Below, piece by piece: positions 10,862 to 19,718 of a stretch of DNA of 64,000 nucleotides. The notes below the pieces were generated by a model, which saw only the letters and a program-made list of their open reading frames with translations, had not been told where the DNA came from and did not search any database. This stretch comes from an uncultured Clostridia bacterium (GTDB lineage Bacteria; Bacillota; Dehalobacteriia; UBA4068; CALXSR01). Made by a program: the position numbers and the translations under genes. The stretch's first letter is position 1. Each line of letters opens with the position of its first letter. Location of the stretch: the NCBI GenBank assembly GCA_944391215.1, contig CALXSR010000047.1:18535-82534 (forward strand). Direction: 5' to 3'.

Positions 10862-11764
10862 ATGACGAAAGATTTTTGTTTGCGTGGAGTTGCTGCTGAT
10901 GGTCAGTTGCGTTTTGTTGCGGCGCAAACAACAGAATTATGCGCGGAAGCCCAAAAAAGGCATCATTCTTATCCGGTAGCAACTGCTGCTTTGGGTAGGC
11001 TTTTAACGGCTGCCTTAATGCTAGGGGCTAATTTAAAAGAAGGGCAACAATTAACAATTTCGATCAATGGCGGCGGCCCATTAGGCCGTTTAACTGTGGT
11101 AACGGAAGAAAACCATAGCGCCCGTGGTTATGTGGAAAATCCGCAGATAGAATTACCGGACCGAGTGCCAGGGAAATTGAATGTTGGCGGAGCGGTTGGC
11201 ACGGATGGTTTTTTACAAGTAACAAAGGATTTGGGCTTAAAAGAACCTTATACGGGTAGCGTTTCACTGGTAAGCGGAGAAATCGGAGACGATATTGCGC
11301 GTTATTTAACGGAATCTGAGCAAACGCCGGCGGCTGTTGGACTTGGCGTTTTAGTCGGCGAGTATGGAGAAGTGCAGGCTGCTGGTGGTTATTTGATTCA
11401 GCTTATGCCTGGCGCAACGGAAGAAACGATTGCGACTTTGGAGCAAAATATTGCTTCTATGGCGCCTATCAGCCAGCTTATTGCACAAGGGCAAAGTCCG
11501 CAAAATCTATTGGCTATTTTATTAAACGGTTTACCCTATGAGATATTGGCGCAAGATGATTTGTCGTTTCAATGTCGTTGTGGGCATGAAAGATTAAAAA
11601 ATGTTTTGGTTAGCTTGGGCAAAGAGGAAATAGAAGATTTATTAGCAGACCAAAAAGAAGTGGAAATTGTTTGCCGTTTTTGTGGTGAAAAATATGTTTT
11701 TACACCGCAAGATTTAACGGATTTATTGGCGGATATGGAAAAGGGAGGAGATAAAGAGGAATGA
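10862..11764 (+). CDS. hslO: 33 kDa redox-regulated chaperonin Hsp33
   Basis: C-terminal zinc/redox switch CRCGHE...CRFCGEKY and overall Hsp33 length and layout. Confidence 0.92.
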   Translation: MTKDFCLRGVAADGQLRFVAAQTTELCAEAQKRHHSYPVATAALGRLLTAALMLGANLKEGQQLTISINGGGPLGRLTVVTEENHSARGYVENPQIELPDRVPGKLNVGGAVGTDGFLQVTKDLGLKEPYTGSVSLVSGEIGDDIARYLTESEQTPAAVGLGVLVGEYGEVQAAGGYLIQLMPGATEETIATLEQNIASMAPISQLIAQGQSPQNLLAILLNGLPYEILAQDDLSFQCRCGHERLKNVLVSLGKEEIEDLLADQKEVEIVCRFCGEKYVFTPQDLTDLLADMEKGGDKEE

Positions 11765-12444
11765 AAGCCTTATTATTAGATTTAGATGGCACTCTTTGTC
11801 AAATGGATCGGGATCTATTCGAAAAAACGTATTTTAAAGATTTGGCTCTTTATATGAAAGATATTTTGGACCCGCAGCAGTTTTTAGCGCAATTAATACG
11901 CTCCGTCGCATTTATGGTAGAACATCCTAGTATGCAATACACTTGTATGGAAGTATTTTGTCGCCATTTTGCTTCTATGTTTGGCTTAGATGAAAAGCTG
12001 TTCCATGATCGTCTACTATCTTTTTATACCAATGAGTTTGGTAAATATGACTATTTGGTGCAACCGATAGAAAGAGGAAAAGAACTGATTGCTTTAGGGC
12101 GAGAAAAAGGGTTGAAAATGGCGGTTGCCAGCAATTCTATTATGCCGCAAATTGCTATCATCCATCGTTTGCATTGGGCCGGATTAGAAACAAGTTCTTT
12201 TGAATTTATTTCTGGCGGTGATTTTATGCATTATACCAAGCCGCATGCTGGTTTTTATCGAGAAATTGCTTCTGCTTTGGATGTTGTTCCGGAAGATTGC
12301 TTAATGGTGGGGAATGGCAAAGAAGAGGATTTGGTGGCACATGATATTGGGATGGCTACCTTTTTTATGGATGGCGAAAAAGATGAAAAAGCCACTTGGT
12401 TTGGTAATATTGACGACTTAATTGCTGTCGTATCTTCTTTATAA
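11761..12444 (+). CDS. HAD-superfamily hydrolase
   Basis: Motif I LLDLDGTL, with later ASNS and GNGKEED motifs. There is an ATGA start/stop overlap with hslO. Confidence 0.75.
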   Translation: MKALLLDLDGTLCQMDRDLFEKTYFKDLALYMKDILDPQQFLAQLIRSVAFMVEHPSMQYTCMEVFCRHFASMFGLDEKLFHDRLLSFYTNEFGKYDYLVQPIERGKELIALGREKGLKMAVASNSIMPQIAIIHRLHWAGLETSSFEFISGGDFMHYTKPHAGFYREIASALDVVPEDCLMVGNGKEEDLVAHDIGMATFFMDGEKDEKATWFGNIDDLIAVVSSL

Positions 12445-12459
12445 AATGTTTCTTATTAG

Positions 12460-12487
12460 GATCGCTGGCAGCCAGCGGTCTTTTTTG
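12460..12487 (+). terminator. Rho-independent terminator after the HAD gene
   Basis: Stem GATCGCTGG / CCAGCGGTC followed by TTTTTT. Confidence 0.7.
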
Positions 12488-12499
12488 GAGGGGAGAACA

Positions 12500-12934
12500 T
12501 TGACCATTTTATCTTTTATGCAAAATTTACAAAGCGTAGAAGATTTTTTCCCTTATTATAGCGGCTATTATGCCAAAAAAAGAGCGTGGGCTGATTGGGA
12601 AAAATTTAAAATGGCACAAAGTAAAAGTTGTATGCCAACCAAAATACAACAAAAAGTGTTTTATGACAACTGGTATTATGCATTATACTCTTTTTCCTCT
12701 TCATCGTTAGAACAGGAAACGGGGATGCATTTATCTGCGCCCTTGCCCTTAACAGTTTTGCGACCTTTGGCGCAAAATCCGCAAGGTTTTCTTGCTCCTA
12801 CAATCTTTTCTTTCGGATATGGTTTTGTATTAGCTAGTAAAAAGGAAAATGAGATAGATTGCCCTTATGTTATTTCTATTGATACCGGGCAAAAAATATG
12901 GATTTGGCCAATTGCTAGAGCACATTGCATCTGA
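12500..12934 (+). CDS. Hypothetical protein (about 144 aa, Trp/Tyr-rich, no recognisable family)
   Basis: The track ORF 12422-12934 is trimmed because the terminator at 12460-12487 lies inside it. GGAGGGGAG precedes TTG 12500; ATG 12518 is an alternative. Confidence 0.45.
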   Translation: MTILSFMQNLQSVEDFFPYYSGYYAKKRAWADWEKFKMAQSKSCMPTKIQQKVFYDNWYYALYSFSSSSLEQETGMHLSAPLPLTVLRPLAQNPQGFLAPTIFSFGYGFVLASKKENEIDCPYVISIDTGQKIWIWPIARAHCI

Positions 12935-12963
12935 AGAAAAGGAAAAAAGCTTTTTGCGCTATA

Positions 12964-12995
12964 AAAAAACGGCATAAATTTTTATGCCGTTTTCT
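12964..12995. terminator. Bidirectional terminator between convergent genes
   Basis: Stem ACGGCATAAA / TTTATGCCGT, flanked by an A-run upstream and a T-run downstream. Confidence 0.8.
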
Positions 12996-12998
12996 GAT

Positions 12999-13661
12999 TT
13001 AATCTTCCAATTTCCAACCGCAATTAGGGCAATAGCGCTTCTCTTTTTTGTGTTTATGGTTGTGATGTTCTTTTGGATTGTTTGTCGTATCTCCTAATCC
13101 AGGGACAAAAATTTTAGTACCAATAGCAATATTTTCCGGATTGTTGATATGCGGATTCAATTCCAAAAGTCTTTTTAAAGAAACATGATATTTTTCTGCT
13201 AGCTGATGGAGGGTGTCTCCTTTTTCCATAACATAAATAAAAGGCCTGGCTTGGCAAGGTAATTTCCAAGGTTGGAGGACAGCTTCTTGATTTGTATTTT
13301 TATCGCTTTCTTTTTTCTCTGTTCTGCTTTTAGGAATAGGGGTAGCTGTTTCCTTTTTCTTTGTTTGCCCATCTAACCCAACTACTTCTATGCCATTTTG
13401 CTGATTCTCTTTTTCCATGATAGGTTTTTTTTCTGTTTCATTTTTGGTAGTAATATTTTCTACTTCCAACTTTTCCACTTCTACCAATTTTTCTTTTTTG
13501 ACAATACACTCCTCTTCCGGTATATTGATACACATGCCAATTTCGATTTTATTGGGGTCTTCAATTTGCGGATTGGCATCAAGCAATTCTTTTAGTTTTA
13601 TATCATGCTGTTTGGCAATAAGATAAAGCGTATCACCTTTTTGAACGATATGGCTTTTCAA
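12999..13661 (-). CDS. Dual LysM-domain protein, SafA-like (no signal peptide)
   Basis: N-terminal LysM domain (HIVQKGDTLYLIAKQHDIKLKELLDANP...GMCINIP) and a second LysM domain (YVMEKGDTLHQLAEKYHVSLKRLLELNP...GTKIFVP), separated by a K/E-rich linker. His-rich tail with CPNCGW. TTG 13661 is chosen because AGGGAGGA lies 7 nt upstream. Confidence 0.8.
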   Translation of the reverse strand: MKSHIVQKGDTLYLIAKQHDIKLKELLDANPQIEDPNKIEIGMCINIPEEECIVKKEKLVEVEKLEVENITTKNETEKKPIMEKENQQNGIEVVGLDGQTKKKETATPIPKSRTEKKESDKNTNQEAVLQPWKLPCQARPFIYVMEKGDTLHQLAEKYHVSLKRLLELNPHINNPENIAIGTKIFVPGLGDTTNNPKEHHNHKHKKEKRYCPNCGWKLED

Positions 13662-13900
13662 TTCAATTCCTCCCTGCAACTTTTTGTAACAATATATGCA
13701 ACAAGTGAAAGCAAATTGCTAAATTAGAAAAAATAATACCAATTGAAACGACAAAATATGTCTTATAAATAAAAATTTTGCTTCAATTCACTTAAAAACA
13801 ATGTTTCCTGATAATAAATTGCTCTGGCAATTGCTAGTTATTTTGGTGTTTAGCTGGCAAGAAAGGATAAAAAAGGATATGTTTTTTATCATAATTGCGA

Positions 13901-13929
13901 TTGATTATTTCTGTTATATATTGTAGAAT
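13901..13929 (+). promoter_or_regulatory. Candidate sigmaA promoter of the hdr-flx operon (TTGATT-17-TAGAAT)
   Basis: -35 at 13901-13906 and -10 at 13924-13929. A second TAGAAT lies at 13934-13939. Confidence 0.4.
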
Positions 13930-13986
13930 AAGATAGAATGTATTGTGTATACATGGGTCAGCAGATGAGAAGAAAGAGGGGATTTT

Positions 13987-14550
13987 ATGCGCCAAATTAC
14001 TTTAGGCAAAGAAGGCGTAGAAAAAAACATCATTCAAACTTTGCAAGAAAAGTCAGGGGTTAGGCTTTCGGATTGTTATCAATGCGGCAAATGTTCGGCT
14101 GGTTGCCCAGTTGCATTTGCGATGGATTTAAAACCGCGGCAGTTGATTCGTCTTTTGCAATTAGAGCAAGTAGATGAGGTTTTAAAAAGTAAAACGCCTT
14201 GGCTTTGTGCAACTTGTCAGTGTTGTTTTGTGCGTTGCCCAAATGAAATTAAGATTCCGAATTTAATGGAAGCCGTGCGCCAGGAAGCAAAAGCGCGTCA
14301 TATCATTCCCGAAAAAGATATTGATAAATTTAATAATCTTTTCTTGAAGAATGTGGAACAATTTGGGCGTAGTCACGAAACATTTTTAATGGGTTTTTAT
14401 AACTTAACTACCGGACATTTGTTCCAGGATGTAGGCTGTGCGCCAAAATTGTATTTCAATAAAAAAATCCGTATTCGCCCGCATGTGGTGAAAAATAAAA
14501 GCGGTGTGAAACGATTGTTCCAAAAGACCATTGAGAAAGGAGCAAAATAA
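13987..14550 (+). CDS. hdrC: Heterodisulfide reductase subunit C-like (2x[4Fe-4S])
   Basis: Cluster motifs CYQCGKCSAGCP and CATCQCCFVRCP. Size (187 aa) and position directly upstream of hdrB fit. Confidence 0.85.
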   Translation: MRQITLGKEGVEKNIIQTLQEKSGVRLSDCYQCGKCSAGCPVAFAMDLKPRQLIRLLQLEQVDEVLKSKTPWLCATCQCCFVRCPNEIKIPNLMEAVRQEAKARHIIPEKDIDKFNNLFLKNVEQFGRSHETFLMGFYNLTTGHLFQDVGCAPKLYFNKKIRIRPHVVKNKSGVKRLFQKTIEKGAK

Positions 14551-15446
14551 TGAAATATGCATATTATCCCGGTTGCTCTTTAAATGCCACCGGGAAAGAA
14601 TACGACCTTTCTACCAAAGCGGTTGCTAAAAAGATAGGCATGGAATTACAAGAAATTCCTGATTGGAATTGTTGCGGGGCGTCGGCAGCCCACTTAACCA
14701 ATCCAGATTTGGCCTTAGCTTTACCGGCGCGGAATTTATCTTTGGCAGAAGGTTTGGGATTAGACATTGCCGTGCCGTGTGCTGCTTGTTTTTCGCGTAT
14801 GAAAGCAACTGTGAAAGCGGTAAGGGATGATAAAAAAGTATTAGAAAAAGTAAATGAAATCATCGGTATGGAATATCATGCAGAAAATGATGTTTACAAT
14901 ATGCTAGATATTATGGCGAATAAAGTACCGGCCGAAGAAATAACGGCAAAAGTGGTAAAACCTTTAACTGGTTTAAAAGTAGCTTGTTATTATGGCTGTC
15001 TTTTGGTAAGGCCGCCAAAAACAACGCAATTTGATAATCCGGAAAATCCGCAAAGCATGGAAAAAGTACTACGTTTAACGGGAGCAACTCCTATCGATTG
15101 GTCCTTTAAAACGGAATGTTGTGGGGCTAGTTTTGCGGTAGCCAAACAGGATGTGGCTTTAGAAATGATTCGTCGCATTTTAGAAAATGCAAAATTAAAT
15201 GGAGCGGAAGCGATTGCTACTGCTTGTCCGTTGTGTATGTTGAATTTAGATATGCGGCAGAAAGCCATCAATGCGAAATATAAAACGGATTACCATTTCC
15301 CAGTTTATTATTTTACCGAATTGTTGGGTTGTGCTATGGGAGTATCTCCCAAAGAGATGGGCATGGAAAAACATTTTGCCCCGGTTATTCCGAAAATGGA
15401 AGAAGTATGGCAAAGAACTCAAGTTGCTGGGAGGGAGGACCAATGA
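14550..15446 (+). CDS. hdrB: Heterodisulfide reductase subunit B-like (two CCG domains)
   Basis: Two CCG-domain signatures (DWNCCGAS, TECCGAS) with accompanying Cys residues. Its start abuts the hdrC stop. Confidence 0.88.
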   Translation: MKYAYYPGCSLNATGKEYDLSTKAVAKKIGMELQEIPDWNCCGASAAHLTNPDLALALPARNLSLAEGLGLDIAVPCAACFSRMKATVKAVRDDKKVLEKVNEIIGMEYHAENDVYNMLDIMANKVPAEEITAKVVKPLTGLKVACYYGCLLVRPPKTTQFDNPENPQSMEKVLRLTGATPIDWSFKTECCGASFAVAKQDVALEMIRRILENAKLNGAEAIATACPLCMLNLDMRQKAINAKYKTDYHFPVYYFTELLGCAMGVSPKEMGMEKHFAPVIPKMEEVWQRTQVAGREDQ

Positions 15447-17422
15447 GAAGAATAGGTGTATTTGTCTGCCATTGCGGTTCTAATATTGCCGCTACAGTGG
15501 ATGTGGAAAAAGTAGTAGAAGCTGCGAAAACCTTTCCTGGCGTAGTGTATGCTGCTGATAATAAATATACTTGCTCAGAACCTGGGCAGGAGGCAATTAA
15601 AAAAGCCATTGCTGAACATAACTTAAATCGAGTGGTGATTTGTTCCTGTTCACCGCGTATGCATGAAGCAACTTTTCGCAAAACGATTGCGGATGCTGGG
15701 CTAAATCCGTATTTATTAGAAATTGCCAATATCCGGGAACAGGTTTCTTGGGTACATACTGATAAGGAAAAAGCTACCGAAAAAGCGATTGATTTGGCGC
15801 GTATTGCTGCGGCGAAAGCTGCGAAAGATGAAGAGTTGTTTACTTCTACCATCCCCATTGAAAAAAGAGCTTTGGTGATCGGCGGCGGGATTGCCGGTAT
15901 GCAAGCTGCTTTGGATATTGCTGATGCTGGTTTGCAGGTTACTTTGGTGGAAAAAGAATCTAGTATCGGCGGGAAAATGGTAATGTTGGATAAAACTTTC
16001 CCGACTTTAGACTGTTCGGCTTGTATTAGTACGCCGAAAATGGTAACGCTTTCTCAACATCCAAATATCGAATTAATGACTTATTCAGAAGTAACGCATG
16101 TAGGCGGTTATATTGGTAATTTTGAGGTTACAATTAAGCAAAAAGCGAAATTTGTAAATCATGATATTTGTACTGGTTGTGGTTTATGTGAAACTAAGTG
16201 CCCAGCTAAAGTAACTAGTGAATTCGATCAAGGCTTAGGGAAAAGGCCGGCAATTCATAAATTATTCGCTCAAGCAGTGCCAAACAAACCGGTTATTGAT
16301 AAAAATAGTTGTTTGAAATTGACAACCGGAAAATGCGGCATTTGTTCTAAAATTTGTCCGGTAGGCTGCATCGATTATGAAGACAAGGATAAAGAAGTGA
16401 CCAAAAAATTTGGCGCTATTGTTTTAGCCACCGGTTATGAATTGATTGACTGGACGAAACTATATGGTGAATATGGCGGCGGCCGTTATGATAATATTAT
16501 TACTGGGCTGCAATTTGAAAGAATGGTAAATGCTTCCGGGCCTACTGATGGTAAAATCGTACGCCCTTCGGATGGCAAAACGCCAAAATCCGTTTTGTTT
16601 ATTAAATGTGTTGGGTCTCGCGATGTAAACAAAGGGAAATCTTATTGCTCTCGCGCCTGTTGTATGTATACGGCCAAGCATGCACACCAAGTGTTAGAAA
16701 AAATTCCTGGGGCGAAAGCTTATGTTTCTTACATGGATGTGCGTACGCCGGGAAAAGGCTATGATGAATTTTATATGCGCACGCTAGAAGATGGCGCTGT
16801 TTATGTGCGGGGTCGTATTTCTAAAATTTATCCGGAAGGGGAAAAATTAATTTCTTTAGGGGAAGATACTCTTTCCAATAGTAATGTCACTTTGGAAACG
16901 GATTTGGTTGTTTTAGAAACCGCTATGGTGCCAAATCCCAGTGCAGAAAAAACAGCTGCTATGATTGGGGTAGGTCGTGATAAAGATGGTTGGCTGCAAG
17001 AAGCCCATCCGAAATTACGTCCGGTGGAAACTAATACTGGTGGGGTTTTCTTGGCCGGTACTTGCCAAGGTCCAAAAGATATTCCGGATACGGTAGCACA
17101 AGCTTCGGCTGCTGCCGCTAAAGTAATTGGTTTATTATACAAAGATGAATTGGAAACCAACCCAATGATTAGTAAGGTAGATCCTCAAAAATGTGCTGGT
17201 TGCGGTTTTTGTATTGAAGTTTGCCCTTATGGAGCAATTGAACTAGTCGATTTCCCAGATCGTTACCAAGGGAAAAAAATAATGCGTAAAGTAGCGCAAG
17301 TCAATGGTGGTCTTTGTCAAGGTTGCGGGGCTTGTACCGTTTCCTGTAAACCAGGGGCAATTGACTTGTTAGGATTTACCAATCTGCAAATACTAGAGGA
17401 GGTGGACGCGCTATGTCGTTAG
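15443..17422 (+). CDS. hdrA: Heterodisulfide reductase subunit A-like flavoprotein (FAD, multiple [4Fe-4S])
   Basis: Start at MRRIGVFVCHCGSNIA, with an ATGA overlap on the hdrB stop. FAD fold VIGGGIAGMQAALD. Ferredoxin motifs CTGCGLCETKCP, CGICSKICP, CAGCGFCIEVCP and CQGCGACTVSCKP. Confidence 0.9.
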   Translation: MRRIGVFVCHCGSNIAATVDVEKVVEAAKTFPGVVYAADNKYTCSEPGQEAIKKAIAEHNLNRVVICSCSPRMHEATFRKTIADAGLNPYLLEIANIREQVSWVHTDKEKATEKAIDLARIAAAKAAKDEELFTSTIPIEKRALVIGGGIAGMQAALDIADAGLQVTLVEKESSIGGKMVMLDKTFPTLDCSACISTPKMVTLSQHPNIELMTYSEVTHVGGYIGNFEVTIKQKAKFVNHDICTGCGLCETKCPAKVTSEFDQGLGKRPAIHKLFAQAVPNKPVIDKNSCLKLTTGKCGICSKICPVGCIDYEDKDKEVTKKFGAIVLATGYELIDWTKLYGEYGGGRYDNIITGLQFERMVNASGPTDGKIVRPSDGKTPKSVLFIKCVGSRDVNKGKSYCSRACCMYTAKHAHQVLEKIPGAKAYVSYMDVRTPGKGYDEFYMRTLEDGAVYVRGRISKIYPEGEKLISLGEDTLSNSNVTLETDLVVLETAMVPNPSAEKTAAMIGVGRDKDGWLQEAHPKLRPVETNTGGVFLAGTCQGPKDIPDTVAQASAAAAKVIGLLYKDELETNPMISKVDPQKCAGCGFCIEVCPYGAIELVDFPDRYQGKKIMRKVAQVNGGLCQGCGACTVSCKPGAIDLLGFTNLQILEEVDALCR

Positions 17423-17859
17423 AAGAACAAAAACAAGTACCGGAAAATTGGGAACCTACCATTTTAGCTTTTTGCTGTAACTGGTGTACTTATGCTGGAG
17501 CCGATTTAGCGGGGTTAAATCGCATGAAATATCCGGAGAATGTACGAATTTTGCGTGTTCCTTGTTCTAGTAGAGTAAATCCGCAATTTATTTTACGCGC
17601 TTTTCAAAAAGGGGTGGATGGCGTTCTAGTAGCTGGTTGTCATCCTGGGGATTGTCACTATGTATCGGGTAATTATTTTACCCGACGCCGCTTTTTATTG
17701 ATGCAACGCTTTTTGGAATATAATGGCATTGACCCCAGACGTTTTCAGGCGCGTTGGATTTCTGGCGCCGAAGCAGGAAAATTTCGGGATACCATGTTGC
17801 AGCTTTGTGAAGAAATTAAGGAATTGGGTCCCAATAGAAAGCTGAGGGAAGTAAAATGA
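17413..17859 (+). CDS. MvhD/FlxD-like protein (methyl-viologen-reducing hydrogenase delta-subunit family)
   Basis: ILAFCCNWCTYAGADLAG...RVPCSSRV...AGCHPGDCHY is the MvhD/FlpD pattern. It overlaps the hdrA end by 10 nt. Confidence 0.85.
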   Translation: MSLEEQKQVPENWEPTILAFCCNWCTYAGADLAGLNRMKYPENVRILRVPCSSRVNPQFILRAFQKGVDGVLVAGCHPGDCHYVSGNYFTRRRFLLMQRFLEYNGIDPRRFQARWISGAEAGKFRDTMLQLCEEIKELGPNRKLREVK

Positions 17860-18707
17860 GTCAAATGCAAGAAGAATTACGCCAAAAAGCCAAAGAGTTA
17901 TTAGAGAAAGGCGAAGTAAGGTATATTATTGGCTGGGGAAAAGGCCGTTTCCATCATCGCCCTCCTATTTTTATTTATCAGGCAGAAGATGTGGATAAAT
18001 TGGTTTGGGATGAGTATTGCGTGGCCAATTTAGGAAAATATTTATTAGATGATAAATTCCCGGAAGGAAAAATTGGTATTTGCGTACGTGGTTGCGATTC
18101 CCGAGCCGTAGTGCGTTTGGTGCAAGATAAACAGGTAAAAAGGGAAGACGTTTGTTTGATCGGTTTGCCTTGTACTGGTAAAGTGGATCAGGAAGGCCGG
18201 GAATTGGTGAAATGCCGGGATTGTATGCATCGTAATCCTCCTGTTTACGATATCGTTTTAGGAGAACCGGTAGAAGAAAAAGGCAATCCGGACCGTTTTA
18301 AACGGGTAGAAGAATTAGAAAAACTAAGTAGTGATGAAAAATATGAATACTGGTCTAATGTTTTTGATAAATGTATTCGCTGCTATGCTTGCCGTAATGT
18401 TTGTCCGGCTTGTAATTGCCGAGAATGTTTTGTAGATCAATATCGAGTAGGCTGGCAAGGCAAACAAAAAAATTGTATGCAAAATCAAATTTTCGGTTTA
18501 ACACGTGCTTATCATATTGCTGATCGTTGCATTGAATGCGGTGAATGCGAAAGAGTTTGTCCGGTAGGATTACCTTTGATGGAGCTTAACCGTAAATTAA
18601 TTAAAGATTTGAATTCTTTATTCGGGCCTTATGAAGCAGGGGTAAACCCAGATGTGAAGCCGCCTTTGGGTGAATATCGCTTAGAAGATCCCGAAGAATA
18701 TATGTAG
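17856..18707 (+). CDS. FlxC-like iron-sulfur protein
   Basis: Motifs CIRCYACRNVCPACNCREC and CIECGECERVCP. 283 aa. ATGA overlap with the mvhD-like gene. Confidence 0.65.
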   Translation: MSQMQEELRQKAKELLEKGEVRYIIGWGKGRFHHRPPIFIYQAEDVDKLVWDEYCVANLGKYLLDDKFPEGKIGICVRGCDSRAVVRLVQDKQVKREDVCLIGLPCTGKVDQEGRELVKCRDCMHRNPPVYDIVLGEPVEEKGNPDRFKRVEELEKLSSDEKYEYWSNVFDKCIRCYACRNVCPACNCRECFVDQYRVGWQGKQKNCMQNQIFGLTRAYHIADRCIECGECERVCPVGLPLMELNRKLIKDLNSLFGPYEAGVNPDVKPPLGEYRLEDPEEYM

Positions 18708-18710
18708 GAG

Positions 18711-19718
18711 GTGGCTAAGATGCAATTTAAAAAAAGCGATTTACCTAAAATTTTAGATAGTATGGCCAAAGAAGCCACCGTATTGGCACCAATGAAGGTA
18801 AAGGGCAATAGCAAGTTTGCGCCATGGGGCACAGAAGGGGAATTGGATTTTGGAGCGCAAAATGTTTTGTTACCGCCGAAGGATTGCCTTTTTCCACAAA
18901 CGGAAAAGATGTACCGTTTTGAAACGGATGGGTTAAAGGTAAACGATTTTGAAGTAATAAATGAAAGCCGGCCGACAGTGCTTTTCGGGTTAAAAGGCTG
19001 CGATATGCAAAGTATTCTTTGTATGGATGACGTGTTTTTGACCAAAGGCTATGTGGATGACTTTTATAAGAAAAAAAGAGATGATTTATTGACGGTTTGT
19101 ATCAATTGCACTACCGTTGCCAAAGAATGCTTTTGCGATTCTATGGGCGGCAGCCCGAACGGCCATGCAGCAGCAGATATCCAGCTTTATGATCTGGGAG
19201 AAAGTTATCAGGTAAAAGCGCAAACGGAAAAAGGACAGAAGGCGGTAGATTCTTGGCAGCAATATTGCAATAAGGATGAAGGCGAAATAAAAGAAATCGC
19301 TTGCGAATTGAAAGTGGATATGGATGGGGTGCCGGAAAAATTAGCCGGTATGTTTGAACATCCTATTTGGGAGGAAATTAGCCGCAAGTGCGTAGGCTGT
19401 GGTATTTGTACTTTCCTTTGCCCCACTTGTTATTGTTTTGATATTGATACGACTAAAGATGGCGCGGAAGGTACAAAATTCCGCTGCTGGGATTCTTGCA
19501 TGTTTTCTGAATATACCAGGATGGCTGGCGGACATAACCCCAGGCCAAGCAAAAAAGAAAGGGTGCGGAACCGTTTCTTGCATAAGTTGGAATATTTTAA
19601 AGAACGCTATGACAAAAATCTTTGCGTGGGCTGCGGCAGATGCGTAGCGAAATGTCCTGTGAATCTTGATATTACCAGCTTTATTGACCAGGTGAAGGAG
19701 GTAGCCAGCCATGAGTGA
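18711..19718 (+). CDS. FlxB-like iron-sulfur protein (AsrA / sulfhydrogenase beta-like)
   Basis: Motifs CVGCGICTFLCPTCYCFD and CVGCGRCVAKCP. 335 aa, with AsrA/HydB-like architecture. Confidence 0.7.
   Translation: MAKMQFKKSDLPKILDSMAKEATVLAPMKVKGNSKFAPWGTEGELDFGAQNVLLPPKDCLFPQTEKMYRFETDGLKVNDFEVINESRPTVLFGLKGCDMQSILCMDDVFLTKGYVDDFYKKKRDDLLTVCINCTTVAKECFCDSMGGSPNGHAAADIQLYDLGESYQVKAQTEKGQKAVDSWQQYCNKDEGEIKEIACELKVDMDGVPEKLAGMFEHPIWEEISRKCVGCGICTFLCPTCYCFDIDTTKDGAEGTKFRCWDSCMFSEYTRMAGGHNPRPSKKERVRNRFLHKLEYFKERYDKNLCVGCGRCVAKCPVNLDITSFIDQVKEVASHE

Noticed and set aside
13825-13834. Sigma54-like TGGCA...TTGC sequence (TGGCAATTGC) upstream of the hdr operon.
   Set aside because: The GG-to-GC spacing is about 7 nt instead of the roughly 10-11 nt required for a -24/-12 promoter. 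No enhancer-binding-protein gene is nearby.
13879-13926. A 15-codon hydrophobic mini-ORF (MFFIIIAIDYFCYIL) in the hdr upstream region.
   Set aside because: The AAGGA sequence directly abuts the ATG with no spacer. The ORF overlaps the predicted hdr promoter elements, and AT-rich DNA yields such ORFs by chance.
15329-15442. Upstream extensions of several track ORFs: hdrA from 15329, rpoZ from 54098, the M24 peptidase from 56709, the LysM gene from 13679, rqcH from 51931 and hisS from 45985.
   Set aside because: The extensions overlap the preceding gene or a terminator and lack an SD. Conserved N-termini and SD spacing support the internal starts given in the feature list.
15443-17859. Possible selenocysteine recoding in HdrA or MvhD, which occurs in some organisms.
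   Set aside because: Both reading frames are continuous with Cys at the relevant motifs. No in-frame TGA and no downstream SECIS-like hairpin was noticed.
17990-17998. Perfect DnaA-box-like 9-mer TGTGGATAA.
   Set aside because: It is a single occurrence inside the flxC-like coding sequence. There is no cluster of boxes, no AT-rich unwinding element and no dnaA/dnaN context, so it is probably chance.
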